64,000 nt of DNA. It comes from an uncultured Candidatus Saccharibacteria bacterium (lineage in GTDB: Bacteria; Patescibacteriota; Minisyncoccia; Sungbacterales; JACQCQ01). The stretch is from NCBI GenBank assembly GCA_964494945.1, contig CAZBTX010000001.1:67088-131087 (forward strand). Direction: 5' to 3'. The first letter of the stretch is position 1. Each line of letters starts with the position of its first letter. The position numbers and the translations under genes were made by a program. The notes below the pieces were generated by a model. The model was not told the origin of the DNA and made no database searches. It saw only the letters and a program-made list of their open reading frames with translations. Below are positions 31,775 through 41,060 of this stretch, one piece after another.

Positions 31775-33538
31775 ATGGCGATAGAAGATACAAAACCGAC
31801 ACCCACGCCATCTGCCGAAACCCTGAAAAATCCATTTAAGACGCTCTCACTCCACGATTGGGTCTACATCCCCCATATCCTTTCACGCAAAGAAAGAGCG
31901 ATGTTGGTGTTTTTTACCGCGTTAGCGCTAATTACGGGTGTTGGTGGAGTTACGGTCGGGTTTTACCGAATCACGCACGACTCTCCCAAACTCGGCGGCA
32001 CCTATCGCGAAGGCGTCATCAAAGCGCCAGAACGCGTGAATCCTCTATTCCTTTCTAATAATGATACTGACCGTGATGTCGTATCATTAGTTTTTTCTAA
32101 TCTTCTTTATTACGACTCCGAGGGGAATCTAAAACCAGATCTTGCCGAGAATTATTCAATTTCTCCAGACGGTAAGTCCTATACCGTTAACATAAAAAAT
32201 AACGCCATCTGGCACGATGGGGTTCCCTTAACCGCAGATGACGTGATATTTACCGTAAAAGCCATACAGGACCCGAGTTATAAAAGTTCACTCCGCCCCA
32301 ACTGGCAGGGTGTGACCATTGAGCGGCTAGGCGACTACGAGGTGCGTTTTGTTTTAAAGCAGCCCTATTCTCCGTTTCTGCAAAACCTGGTTCTCCCTAT
32401 AATCCCGCGACATATTTGGGAAAGGGTCCCGCCTGAAGGAGCGTCTTTATCAGAAATAAATTTAAAACCCATTGGTACCGGGCCTTACCGTTTTAAGGAA
32501 CTGGAGCGAAATTCAAAAGAAGAAATGACCAAATATATTTTGGAGGCTAACACAAATTACTATCGCGAAGGCCCTTATCTTGAGAATATTGAATTTACTT
32601 TCTATGAATCTGAAGAAGAGTTACTGCAGGCCTTCCGAGGCGGGTTGATTGATGGGATTTCTATCGTCTCACCCAAAAATGTTGAGGTCTTAAAGGGCTT
32701 GGGGGCTTCCGTTTCCACCATAAGGATGCCCAGGGTATTCGCTATTTTTATAAATGAGGCCAATCCTATATTAAAAGACAAACAGATAAGAACGGCTTTG
32801 GCTCTCGCCATACCCAAGGAAGAACTGATAACTAAGGTTTTAGGCGGTGGTGCCATACCCGTTGATTCACCCATTCCTCCGGGAACTTTTGGGCATGACC
32901 CTGAAATACCTAGAACCGGCTTTGAACCGGAAAGGGCTAAATCCATTTTGGACAAGGCCGGTTGGAAAGAAATTGGCGCTAACGGCATCCGCCAGAAAAA
33001 AGCAGCCAAAAAAGGTGCTTCGCCCGTGCCTCTAAAGATAATTCTAACTACTTCCGATTGGAAAGATCTTTCAAAATCGGCTGAAGTTATAAGGGATTAC
33101 TGGAAAGCCGTGGGTATTGATACCGAAATTAAAATTATGCCTATTTCGGAACTGGAGACAGACGTTATCCGCCCGCGCAAATACGATGCCTTGCTTTTTG
33201 GTGAAATTTTGGGCAGAGACCCGGATCCTTTCGCCTTCTGGCATTCTTCACAATTAAAAGACCCAGGTCTTAATATAGCTCTCTACCATTCGCCTAAAGT
33301 TGACGCGCTTCTGGAGCAAGCTCGCAAGTCAACTGATCGCAATGACATAGAGGCCAAATATCGCGAATTCCAGCGTATTGTGGTCGCCGATTCCCCCACC
33401 ATATTCTTATACTCACCGACTTACTTTTACGCCCACAGGTCCAATGTGAAGAATGTTGAAGTGAAAGCAGTGGTTCTGCCGTCGGAACGGTTCAGCGCGG
33501 CTAATACTTGGTACATTAAAACCAAACGTTCTTTCTAA
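31775..33538 (+). CDS. ABC transporter substrate-binding protein, family 5 (peptide/nickel type), membrane-anchored
   Basis: Length 587 aa, N-terminal TM, family-5 SBP-like sequence blocks. Confidence 0.7.
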   Translation: MAIEDTKPTPTPSAETLKNPFKTLSLHDWVYIPHILSRKERAMLVFFTALALITGVGGVTVGFYRITHDSPKLGGTYREGVIKAPERVNPLFLSNNDTDRDVVSLVFSNLLYYDSEGNLKPDLAENYSISPDGKSYTVNIKNNAIWHDGVPLTADDVIFTVKAIQDPSYKSSLRPNWQGVTIERLGDYEVRFVLKQPYSPFLQNLVLPIIPRHIWERVPPEGASLSEINLKPIGTGPYRFKELERNSKEEMTKYILEANTNYYREGPYLENIEFTFYESEEELLQAFRGGLIDGISIVSPKNVEVLKGLGASVSTIRMPRVFAIFINEANPILKDKQIRTALALAIPKEELITKVLGGGAIPVDSPIPPGTFGHDPEIPRTGFEPERAKSILDKAGWKEIGANGIRQKKAAKKGASPVPLKIILTTSDWKDLSKSAEVIRDYWKAVGIDTEIKIMPISELETDVIRPRKYDALLFGEILGRDPDPFAFWHSSQLKDPGLNIALYHSPKVDALLEQARKSTDRNDIEAKYREFQRIVVADSPTIFLYSPTYFYAHRSNVKNVEVKAVVLPSERFSAANTWYIKTKRSF

Positions 33539-33539
33539 C

Positions 33540-34364
33540 ATGCCAACGGACCTTTCTAAGGTAAGCGGCCTTGCGATATCTTTGGATGACGACCTGATGC
33601 TCAAGTTTCCGCACGACTTGATGGTAAAAAGCGTTTCGGAAAGAACGTTGGACGGCATACGACCGTACCTTATTTTCAAAGATGCCGAAGCTGACATACC
33701 TGTCATTTACCGCGTCTGGCGCAACCTGATGCCGATGCAAGATGAGGCCGAGCTCTCTGGCGTTGGCATCAGATATGACATCACTATTATCCCTCCCGGT
33801 ACTTTTAAATTCAGGAACGGCCAGCGTGAGTTCTTCCATACCGCCGGCCATTACCATGACACGGCAGAAAATGCCCTGGGCTATCCGGAAATTTATGAGG
33901 TGCTGTCGGGTCGTGTTCGCTCACTGATCCAAAAACCATTGGAAACACCCGACCGCATTTCCGAGACCTATTTGATAGAGGCCGGCCCCGGAGAAAAAAT
34001 ACTTATCCCTCCCGGGTTCGGTCATGTCTCCATTAACGCTGAAGATAAAGCGCTGGTACTGGCCAACGTGATTGCTACTAATCCCAAGTACATTTACGGC
34101 GCCTTTGAAGAACTTGGCGGCGGATGCTATCGTTTACTTGCCTCCGATGACAAGAGTATGATAGAAATTGAGCCGAACTCTAAATACCGCGATATTCCCG
34201 AATTGAAGAAACTGACACCTAAAAAAGATTGGTTCAAGGGATACTTCGAACCCCTTTGGAACGCTTATATAAACCATAGAGACCAAATCGCATTCATAAT
34301 AAAACCGGAGTCCTATCGCAAAGAATTCTTCGCAATCGGCAATCTCTACAAAGAAATAAAGTAA
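33540..34364 (+). CDS. Cupin-domain protein, possibly archaeal-type (cupin) glucose-6-phosphate isomerase
   Basis: Cupin metal motifs GHYHDTAENALGYPE and PPGFGHVSIN. Sits next to other sugar-phosphate genes. Confidence 0.4.
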   Translation: MPTDLSKVSGLAISLDDDLMLKFPHDLMVKSVSERTLDGIRPYLIFKDAEADIPVIYRVWRNLMPMQDEAELSGVGIRYDITIIPPGTFKFRNGQREFFHTAGHYHDTAENALGYPEIYEVLSGRVRSLIQKPLETPDRISETYLIEAGPGEKILIPPGFGHVSINAEDKALVLANVIATNPKYIYGAFEELGGGCYRLLASDDKSMIEIEPNSKYRDIPELKKLTPKKDWFKGYFEPLWNAYINHRDQIAFIIKPESYRKEFFAIGNLYKEIK

Positions 34365-34383
34365 ACAATAATCTACTTAACCA

Positions 34384-34467
34384 GGGCGAGTGGTGAAACT
34401 GGTATACACGCTAGCTTCAGGAGCTAGTGGGGGCAACCCCGTGGAGGTTCGAGTCCTCTCTCGCCCA
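34384..34467 (+). tRNA. tRNA-Leu (anticodon CAG), type II with long variable arm
   Basis: Acceptor GGGCGAG/CTCGCCC, anticodon stem CTAGC/GCTAG with loop TTCAGGA, variable stem GGGG/CCCC, T-arm GGAGG-TTCGAGT-CCTCT. Confidence 0.85.
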
Positions 34468-34633
34468 CTGTAGTAAACCCCCCACACCAAATCTAGACGA
34501 CACCAAATGGTGAAATAAACAACTTAAGATTATGGTGTGGTGGTAAACTCACAAATCATTATTCATTAATTATTTACAGAATAGTGCAAAGCTCATCTGG
34601 CTATGTGCATCTGTCTAAAAAGAAAAAGTAAAA

Positions 34634-36427
34634 ATGCAAAGAAAAACATTAGAAAGGCCGAGACGAGATTTTAGGCGTCAGCGCTCTCCTCGCACGGGAG
34701 GGTCTGGGCGCCCGTTTCCGTCAGCCGCGAGATCACCCATACAAACCTTCCACGGCAAAGCAGGAACATTGAGGGTCGTACCTTTGGGGGGATTGGAAGA
34801 GGTCGGCAGGAATTGCATGTTCCTGGAATATAACGACGACATTATCGTGATTGACCTGGGTCTTCAATTCCCAGAAGAAAACATGCCGGGGGTTGATTTC
34901 ATTATTCCCGATTGCACCTATCTAAAGCAAAATAAGCATAAAATTCGGGGCGTAATTATCACCCACGCCCATTACGACCACATCGGCGCTATTCCTTACA
35001 TCGTGCCGCAAATCGGGAATCCAACGGTCTACGCCATGCCTCTAACGCGCGCCATCATCATGAAGCGCCAGGACGACTTCAAGCACATGGGCAACATCAA
35101 GGTGGAGCAGATCAATAAAGAAACGATTCTGGAACTTGGTGTCTTTAAAATTGAATTCTTCCACGTAAACCACAACATTCCCGATACGGTCGGGGTAGCC
35201 ATTCGTACGCCTGTCGGCATAGTGGCTCACACGGCTGACTTCAAGTTTGACAATAACCCGCATGGCGATATGCCGGCTGACTACGCCAAAATCGCCCAGC
35301 TTTCACAGGAAGGTGTCCTTCTCTTAATGTCCGATTCCACGGGAGCGGAAAAGCCCGGCCACTCCATTTCCGAGAGCACCATCTACGAAAACCTGGAAGA
35401 AATTTTCCAGCACGCCAAGGGCCGCATCATTACGGCGACTTTTGCTTCGCTGATATCCAGGATCCAGCAACTGATAACACTAGCCGAGAAATTCGACCGC
35501 AAAGTTGTTATCCAGGGTTACTCCATGAAATCCAACGTCCTGCTCTCGCAAGAACTCGGCTATATCAAGGTGAGAAAAGGCACGCTTGTGGACATCCGCG
35601 ACATTGAGAGTTACCCACCCAATCGCATTCTTGTCATCGGCACGGGTGCCCAGGGAGAATCGGAGGCCATGCTTATGCGTATCGCTCAAAGGGAGCATAA
35701 GTTCATTCGATTCGGCGAGGGAGATATCGTTATCTTCTCTTCTTCGCTCATCGTCGGCAATGAGCGCACCGTCCAATCCCTTAAAGACATCATTTACCGC
35801 CAGGGCGCTCGAGTGTTCCACTACGGCATGATGGATATTCACGCCGGCGGGCATGCCCAGCAGGAGGACCTAAAACTGATGATTAATCTCATGCGGCCGA
35901 AATATTTTATGCCGATTCACGGCAATTATTTCATGCTGCGCCTGCACGCCGATCTGGCCGAATCCGTTGGCATTCCCAAAGAAAACGTGATTATCGGCGG
36001 CAACGGCAAAGTGGTTGAATTAACGCCCCACTCCGTAAAGCTGACGAAAGACGAAGTGCCATCTTCCTATGTTTTCGTGGACGGCCTTGGCGTGGGAGAT
36101 GTGGGCGAGGTGGTATTAAGAGACCGCCAGATGCTGGCCGAAGACGGCATCTTCGTAATTATCACCATCGTGGATTCAAAAACCGGCAAGGTTTATACCT
36201 CGCCCGACATCATCTCGCGCGGGTTCATTTATCTCCGTGAAAATCAGGAATTATTAAAAGAAGTAAGGCATAAGGTAAAAGAGATCGTAGAGCACTCTAC
36301 CACCGCCGGCCAGCATCCGATAAACTACGAATATATCCGAAACCAAGTGCGAGACGAGGTCGGCCAGTTCTTGTACCAAAAAACCCACCGCCGCCCCATG
36401 GTGCTTCCGGTAGTCACAGAGATATAA
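34634..36427 (+). CDS. rnj: Ribonuclease J (metallo-beta-lactamase/beta-CASP). The Arg-rich N-terminal ~50 aa may lie upstream of the true start.
   Basis: VITHAHYDHIGAIPYIV is an HxHxDH motif. Beta-CASP blocks. Confidence 0.85.
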   Translation: MQRKTLERPRRDFRRQRSPRTGGSGRPFPSAARSPIQTFHGKAGTLRVVPLGGLEEVGRNCMFLEYNDDIIVIDLGLQFPEENMPGVDFIIPDCTYLKQNKHKIRGVIITHAHYDHIGAIPYIVPQIGNPTVYAMPLTRAIIMKRQDDFKHMGNIKVEQINKETILELGVFKIEFFHVNHNIPDTVGVAIRTPVGIVAHTADFKFDNNPHGDMPADYAKIAQLSQEGVLLLMSDSTGAEKPGHSISESTIYENLEEIFQHAKGRIITATFASLISRIQQLITLAEKFDRKVVIQGYSMKSNVLLSQELGYIKVRKGTLVDIRDIESYPPNRILVIGTGAQGESEAMLMRIAQREHKFIRFGEGDIVIFSSSLIVGNERTVQSLKDIIYRQGARVFHYGMMDIHAGGHAQQEDLKLMINLMRPKYFMPIHGNYFMLRLHADLAESVGIPKENVIIGGNGKVVELTPHSVKLTKDEVPSSYVFVDGLGVGDVGEVVLRDRQMLAEDGIFVIITIVDSKTGKVYTSPDIISRGFIYLRENQELLKEVRHKVKEIVEHSTTAGQHPINYEYIRNQVRDEVGQFLYQKTHRRPMVLPVVTEI

Positions 36428-36631
36428 AAAGAAGAGGGCCAGGGGCGCGTTAAGCTTCGCGCTCCCTGGCCAATGGGGCCGCATTACCGGCGATGTACAA
36501 GAGGAGGACTTCTCCCCGTGCCGGTTTTAGCGACAGCCAAGCCCTTACCTTTTCGGCGACACGGCGGATGGCCAATCCAATGCACGTGGGGCTACCTAGA
36601 ATATAATACTCTTTCAAGTTAAAGTAAATTA

Positions 36632-37759
36632 ATGAGAATTTTCTCTGGCATCCAGCCCACAGGCAACCTGCACATCGGGAATTACCTCGGGGCAGTTAAG
36701 CAATGGGTGGAATTGCAAAACGAAAATGATGCGATCTACTGTATTGTAGACGAGCACGCCATCACTGTCCCGCAGGAGCCGGAGAAACTCCGCCAAGCCA
36801 CATTGGACGCCGCCATCACCATACTCGCCGCCGGCATTGACCCAGATAAATCCTTAGTATTCATTCAATCACACGTCCCGGCCCACGCCGAGCTTGGGTG
36901 GATATTGAACACACTCGCCCCGCTTGGCGAACTCATGCGAATGACACAATTCAAAGGAAAAGCGCCGATTAAGTTTGAATTTGAAGATATTAAAACCCTT
37001 AAAATAGGTTTGGAGCGAATAAATAAAGATATTCAGGCGATATCGGTTTCAGGAATTCAAGATGCGCTCAAAGCAGTTTCGGGCGATATTGAACCAATTG
37101 TAGACCTTTCTGAAAAACGCAGGGCGACACTTGCCGGTCTTTTCAACTATCCAACCCTTATGGCCGCCGATATCCTTCTCTATCAAACCGAGGGCATCCC
37201 CGTCGGCGAGGACCAGGTACAACATATTGAACTCGCACGCTCGCTGGCCGAAAGATTTAATAATAGATTTGGCGAAACATTCGTTATACCTAAACCGCTT
37301 CTTAAAAAAGAAGTTGCGCGCATCATGTCACTAACCGACCCCGCCGTAAAAATGTCCAAATCGGACGAATCCGACAAATCGCGTGTCAATCTTTTGGACG
37401 CGCCCGATGCCATCAGGCAAAAGATCAAATCGGCCGTCACCGACTCCGGCGCAGAAGTTAAATACGACGAAAAAGAAAAACCGGCCATTTCCAATCTCTT
37501 GAATATTTACTCGGGTTTCTCCGGCAAATCCATCGCCGAAATTGAAAAAGAATTCAATGGCAAATCATACGCGGAATTCAAAGACGCGCTCGCGGAAGTT
37601 ATTGTAGAGGCCTTAACCCCATTCCAACAGCGCTACCAAGAACTCCAAAAAGAAAAAACTCGGGTGATTGACCTCCTAAAACGCGGCAGCCAAAAAGCCG
37701 CATCTCTTGCCGCTCCGATGCTTCAAAAAGTCAAAGAAAAAATTGGGTTTTTGGTGTAA
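36632..37759 (+). CDS. trpS: Tryptophan--tRNA ligase
   Basis: QPTGNLHIGNYLGA (HIGH) and KMSKSD motifs. Confidence 0.9.
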   Translation: MRIFSGIQPTGNLHIGNYLGAVKQWVELQNENDAIYCIVDEHAITVPQEPEKLRQATLDAAITILAAGIDPDKSLVFIQSHVPAHAELGWILNTLAPLGELMRMTQFKGKAPIKFEFEDIKTLKIGLERINKDIQAISVSGIQDALKAVSGDIEPIVDLSEKRRATLAGLFNYPTLMAADILLYQTEGIPVGEDQVQHIELARSLAERFNNRFGETFVIPKPLLKKEVARIMSLTDPAVKMSKSDESDKSRVNLLDAPDAIRQKIKSAVTDSGAEVKYDEKEKPAISNLLNIYSGFSGKSIAEIEKEFNGKSYAEFKDALAEVIVEALTPFQQRYQELQKEKTRVIDLLKRGSQKAASLAAPMLQKVKEKIGFLV

Positions 37760-37820
37760 TTATGAAAATCTGCTAAATTTTTATAATTGACGCAAATTCT
37801 TTAAAAAGTAAAAAGGAAAC

Positions 37821-37840
37821 GGAGCACCTTGGGGTGCTCC
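37821..37840. terminator. Hairpin ggagcacc-ttgg-ggtgctcc followed by a T-tract on the minus strand. Terminator of the high-GC membrane gene.
   Basis: Seen in sequence. Confidence 0.6.
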
Positions 37841-37871
37841 GTCAGAACTGCTGATGTTGCGGCGCGTCGCT

Positions 37872-38462
37872 CTAGGCCTCGACGGCTTTGAGCATCGCCT
37901 GGGGGTCGCGTCTCAGCAACCTCCGGACGATGGCCAGCGCATGGGTCGCGATCACTCCCAGAGTGCTCGGTCTGGCTGGCGTGTCCATGGTCAGGTGCTG
38001 ACCGAATGCGATGCCGAGCATCGCGGCGATGACAGCCGTGATGACATGCGCGACCATCGCCCGCTGGGTCATGAGAATCCTGCTGGTCATGAACGAGAAG
38101 GCCTCCGCGTAGGTCTTGGTGTACTCGTAGCTCTCGAACGCGCCGACGTGAACTGCGCTGAGGAAGAGCGGGATGACCACAGCCCCGGCCGCGCCAGCCA
38201 CGATGAACGAGACGAATGTGCTGAAGCCCCAGCGGTGCCGTAGCGTGACGGCGAAGGCCACCACGAACGCGATGGCGATCGCGTGGGTCACCCAGTCCAC
38301 AGCCGCGATGGGGACCATCGGGTTGTAGAGCTCGAGCAGCCAGTTGCTTCCCGCCGACGTGTTCGGCAGGTGCGAACCGAAGGACTGCCACAGGGTCAGA
38401 CCGACCTGCGCGAGAGCGAGACACACGGAGATGGTGATGACGTACGCAAACTTCTTCCGCAT
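37872..38462 (-). CDS. Hypothetical multi-TM (~5 helices) membrane protein in a ~63% GC segment. Start at ATG 38462 (MRKKFAYV) preceded by AAGGAGG.
   Basis: Strong GC3 codon bias unlike neighbours. Track ORF 37872-38513 trimmed to the SD-supported ATG. Confidence 0.55.
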   Translation of the reverse strand: MRKKFAYVITISVCLALAQVGLTLWQSFGSHLPNTSAGSNWLLELYNPMVPIAAVDWVTHAIAIAFVVAFAVTLRHRWGFSTFVSFIVAGAAGAVVIPLFLSAVHVGAFESYEYTKTYAEAFSFMTSRILMTQRAMVAHVITAVIAAMLGIAFGQHLTMDTPARPSTLGVIATHALAIVRRLLRRDPQAMLKAVEA

Positions 38463-38668
38463 ACGATCCTCCTTATCGTTCCTGCCTGCCTTTCGGTCAG
38501 GCCTCTGGAACATATTGCCGCAACAGAATCTACGGCAACAAAGAAGAAACTAACCCCTTAACTCCCTCTTTGTTACCGTAGAATAGAGCTTATTCTAAGG
38601 TGCTAAGTTTCTAGCTGAATGATAGCATATCCATATAAAAAAGTCAAATTTAAGTTTTTAGCTTAATA

Positions 38669-39196
38669 TTAAGCTAAAACAAATCTCCAAAGTCGCTTTT
38701 GGGCCTTACCATGCCCGCCGACATTAATCCGCCTTGTCTTTTTTATTTTTGTTTCTTGCTTTTTGTTTTTATCTCCTCCTCTATCCTCGATCCAAAGCCC
38801 GCTTCGCTTATTCGCTGGCTTCCCGTAAAGCCGCCTATCAATCTTTAAGTCGCGGCAAATCTTGCCGGGCCCGGAAATGCCATCCACGCCGCGAATAAGC
38901 ACAGCCCCCGCTTGGCCGTCACGCTCCGTCACGATATTCAAACAGTGATACATCCCATAAATGAAATAGACATACCAACGCCCGGGCGGGCCGAACATGA
39001 CTTTGTTGCGGGGCGTCATCCCATTAGCCGCGTGCGACGACATATCGTCTTTCCCCGTATATGCCTCAACCTCTGTTATCATCAACGCCCGTTCTTTATT
39101 CCCAATTTTCCGCACCAAAAACTTACCCAGCATCTCCTTCGCCACCATCGGCGCCTTCCGCTCAAAAAATTTATACCCTAATATTTTTCCAGACAT
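38669..39196 (-). CDS. DNA-3-methyladenine glycosylase (Mpg/AAG family)
   Basis: EVEAYTGKDDMSSHAANGMTPRNKVMFGPPGRWYVYFIYGMYHCLN matches the AAG-family core. Confidence 0.85.
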   Translation of the reverse strand: MSGKILGYKFFERKAPMVAKEMLGKFLVRKIGNKERALMITEVEAYTGKDDMSSHAANGMTPRNKVMFGPPGRWYVYFIYGMYHCLNIVTERDGQAGAVLIRGVDGISGPGKICRDLKIDRRLYGKPANKRSGLWIEDRGGDKNKKQETKIKKTRRINVGGHGKAQKRLWRFVLA

Positions 39197-39497
39197 ACGA
39201 TCAAAACCTCAATTGAGAAAGTAACGAAGAAAATGAGCGTTTAGAAAAGCGGTATTTATTATCTAAACCGAGTAACGCTCTCCAAATGCGCGCTTCAGGA
39301 TATTTGGCCGGAAAAAATGTATCAAGCGCACCTTCGCCAATTTCACCTAATTTCTCCAAGATAAGGGCCTTTAAAGTCATATAGTAATGTTAACAAATAA
39401 CAAGCGACCGCAACAGGGTTGTTAACATAAATTCATTCTAATGTTCTGTAAAACAAAATATATGGGAAATGTATGGAATTGGATAAAATCTAATTGA

Positions 39498-40139
39498 CTA
39501 ATTGTAGTTTTTGAAACCAAATGTGTGTTTAATACCACGGATGATGTGGTGGCGGTGCTCGCGGTCACGGGTGAAGTGGATGATGGCGGGCAAGATGGAA
39601 AGAAAAACTATCAAAGCCACAATGGGAACAATATAGCGGTCAACGCCGGGGATGAGGGTGCCTAAATAATACCCGGTAAGCGGGAGGCCTATGGCCCAAA
39701 GCACGGCGCCAAAGACATTATAGAAAAGAAAAGTTCGGTATTTCATAGTGCCCACACCGGCCAAAATGGGCGCGAAAGTGCGAATGACTGGCATAAAACG
39801 CGCCAGCACCACGGCCTTGCCACCGTGTTTTTCATAGAATCTTTGAGCCCGCAAAAGATTATCCTTATGAAAAAAAAGTGAATCGTCGCGCCTGAATATC
39901 ATAGGCCCTACCCGTCTGCCGAAGGCGTACCCAACAGAGTCCCCCAACACCGCCCCAACAAATGAGAGCAGAATTAAGATACCTATATTAAAAAACCCTT
40001 GTGAAGCCAGAAACCCAGCCGTAAATAAGAGCGAATCGCCCGGCAGAAAAAAACCGATAAAAAGCCCGGATTCGGCAAAAACAATAAAAAAAACCCCAAG
40101 ATACCCAACGGTTTTTAGTAACGAGACAATGTCAAACAT
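39498..40139 (-). CDS. DedA/SNARE-associated family membrane protein
   Basis: Typical DedA N-terminus (YLGVFFIVFAESGLFIGFFLPGDSLLF). Confidence 0.75.
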   Translation of the reverse strand: MFDIVSLLKTVGYLGVFFIVFAESGLFIGFFLPGDSLLFTAGFLASQGFFNIGILILLSFVGAVLGDSVGYAFGRRVGPMIFRRDDSLFFHKDNLLRAQRFYEKHGGKAVVLARFMPVIRTFAPILAGVGTMKYRTFLFYNVFGAVLWAIGLPLTGYYLGTLIPGVDRYIVPIVALIVFLSILPAIIHFTRDREHRHHIIRGIKHTFGFKNYN

Positions 40140-40446
40140 TGGGGTTCACGAACCTATTTCTATCTCGCTTCATTACTTTATCAAAACTTCGGCGGATGGC
40201 TTCGTCCAAATTAATGTTATGCGAATTAGCAAAGCAAATCAGCGTGTAAATAATATCGCCGATCTCTTCTTCCAGTTCCTGCGTCGCTTCATCCTTCTTT
40301 TTCTTTTTATCGCCATATAAGTGATTGACAAGCCGCGCAAACTCACCACACTCCTCAAAAAGCCGCGCCAAAATGGATAAGGGCGACCAATAATCCCACT
40401 TATTTTCTTTAAACCATTTATCTAGATCTTTTTGGTGTTGTTGCAT
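40132..40446 (-). CDS. MazG-like nucleotide pyrophosphohydrolase (small all-alpha NTP-PPase)
   Basis: EECGEFARLV ... EEIGDIIYTLICFAN dual EExxE-type motifs. Confidence 0.65.
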   Translation of the reverse strand: MQQHQKDLDKWFKENKWDYWSPLSILARLFEECGEFARLVNHLYGDKKKKKDEATQELEEEIGDIIYTLICFANSHNINLDEAIRRSFDKVMKRDRNRFVNPNV

Positions 40447-40450
40447 AAAG

Positions 40451-40524
40451 CGGTCCCAGAGGGATTCGAACCCTCGATCTCTTGGATGAGAACCAAGTAT
40501 CCTAGGCCTCTAGACGATGGGACC
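40451..40524 (-). tRNA. tRNA-Glu (anticodon CTC)
   Basis: Minus-strand GGTCCCATCGTCTAGAGGCCTAGGATACTTGGTTCTCATCCAAGAGATCGAGGGTTCGAATCCCTCTGGGACCG. Acceptor, D, anticodon (CTTGG/CCAAG, loop TTCTCAT) and T arms all pair. Confidence 0.85.
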
Positions 40525-40570
40525 GAGATGGAAAGAATATAACAGAAAAATAGACGTCTGAAAATAGCTT

Positions 40571-40596
40571 GCCCCGTCCCGAGCTCGGGACGGGGC
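40571..40596. terminator. Perfect palindromic hairpin gccccgtcccgag-ctcgggacggggc
   Basis: Seen in sequence. Immediately after the stop of the 40597-40884 ORF. Confidence 0.7.
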
Positions 40597-40884
40597 TTAA
40601 CCGCCGTAGCGGTCGTAGTGAGGCGTGGCGGACCCTGCCAGTACGGGGCTTGGACGCTGAAGTTCGGCTATCACCTTCTCGCGCTTATACTCTTCCCCAG
40701 GACTGAAAGCGCGAACGGGAGGAATGACCAGTGTTCCGCACCCGCCTTTCTTGTCATTACAATAGTACCCGCAAAAGAGCTGACCATAACGCTTGCACTT
40801 GGGACATCTGGCGAATACTTGGAGTTTGAACCCGGAACAAATGATGACCGGATGGACCTCCAGGAATCCGTCAGCGTTAACCAT
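40597..40884 (-). CDS. Hypothetical zinc-ribbon protein (CPKC ... CGYYC)
   Basis: ORF with paired Cys motifs. No further similarity recognised. Confidence 0.4.
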   Translation of the reverse strand: MVNADGFLEVHPVIICSGFKLQVFARCPKCKRYGQLFCGYYCNDKKGGCGTLVIPPVRAFSPGEEYKREKVIAELQRPSPVLAGSATPHYDRYGG

Positions 40885-41060
40885 GCCCTATCACCTCCTT
40901 TCTTATTCTTAATTCTACGCCACATACAAGATCAACTTATCAACATCGTAAACTGTCTGGAATTAGTAAAGTTTTACTAACCGGCTTCATCAAAATATAT
41001 CATACTTCAGAGTATGATGTATTTTGATGATTGACGGATAACGGGTACTTGCGGTGATCG

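Noticed and set aside
37801-38561. Alternative-frame ORFs (37801-38424 minus, 37854-38243 plus, 38283-38561 plus) in the high-GC segment
   Set aside because: Only the 37872-38462 frame has a Shine-Dalgarno sequence, TM-helix periodicity and a downstream terminator. The others are long through GC-richness only.
39203-39378. 58-aa minus-strand ORF in the mpg-dedA spacer
   Set aside because: No RBS and no motif. The spacer also contains a gttaac-based inverted repeat that is more likely regulatory.
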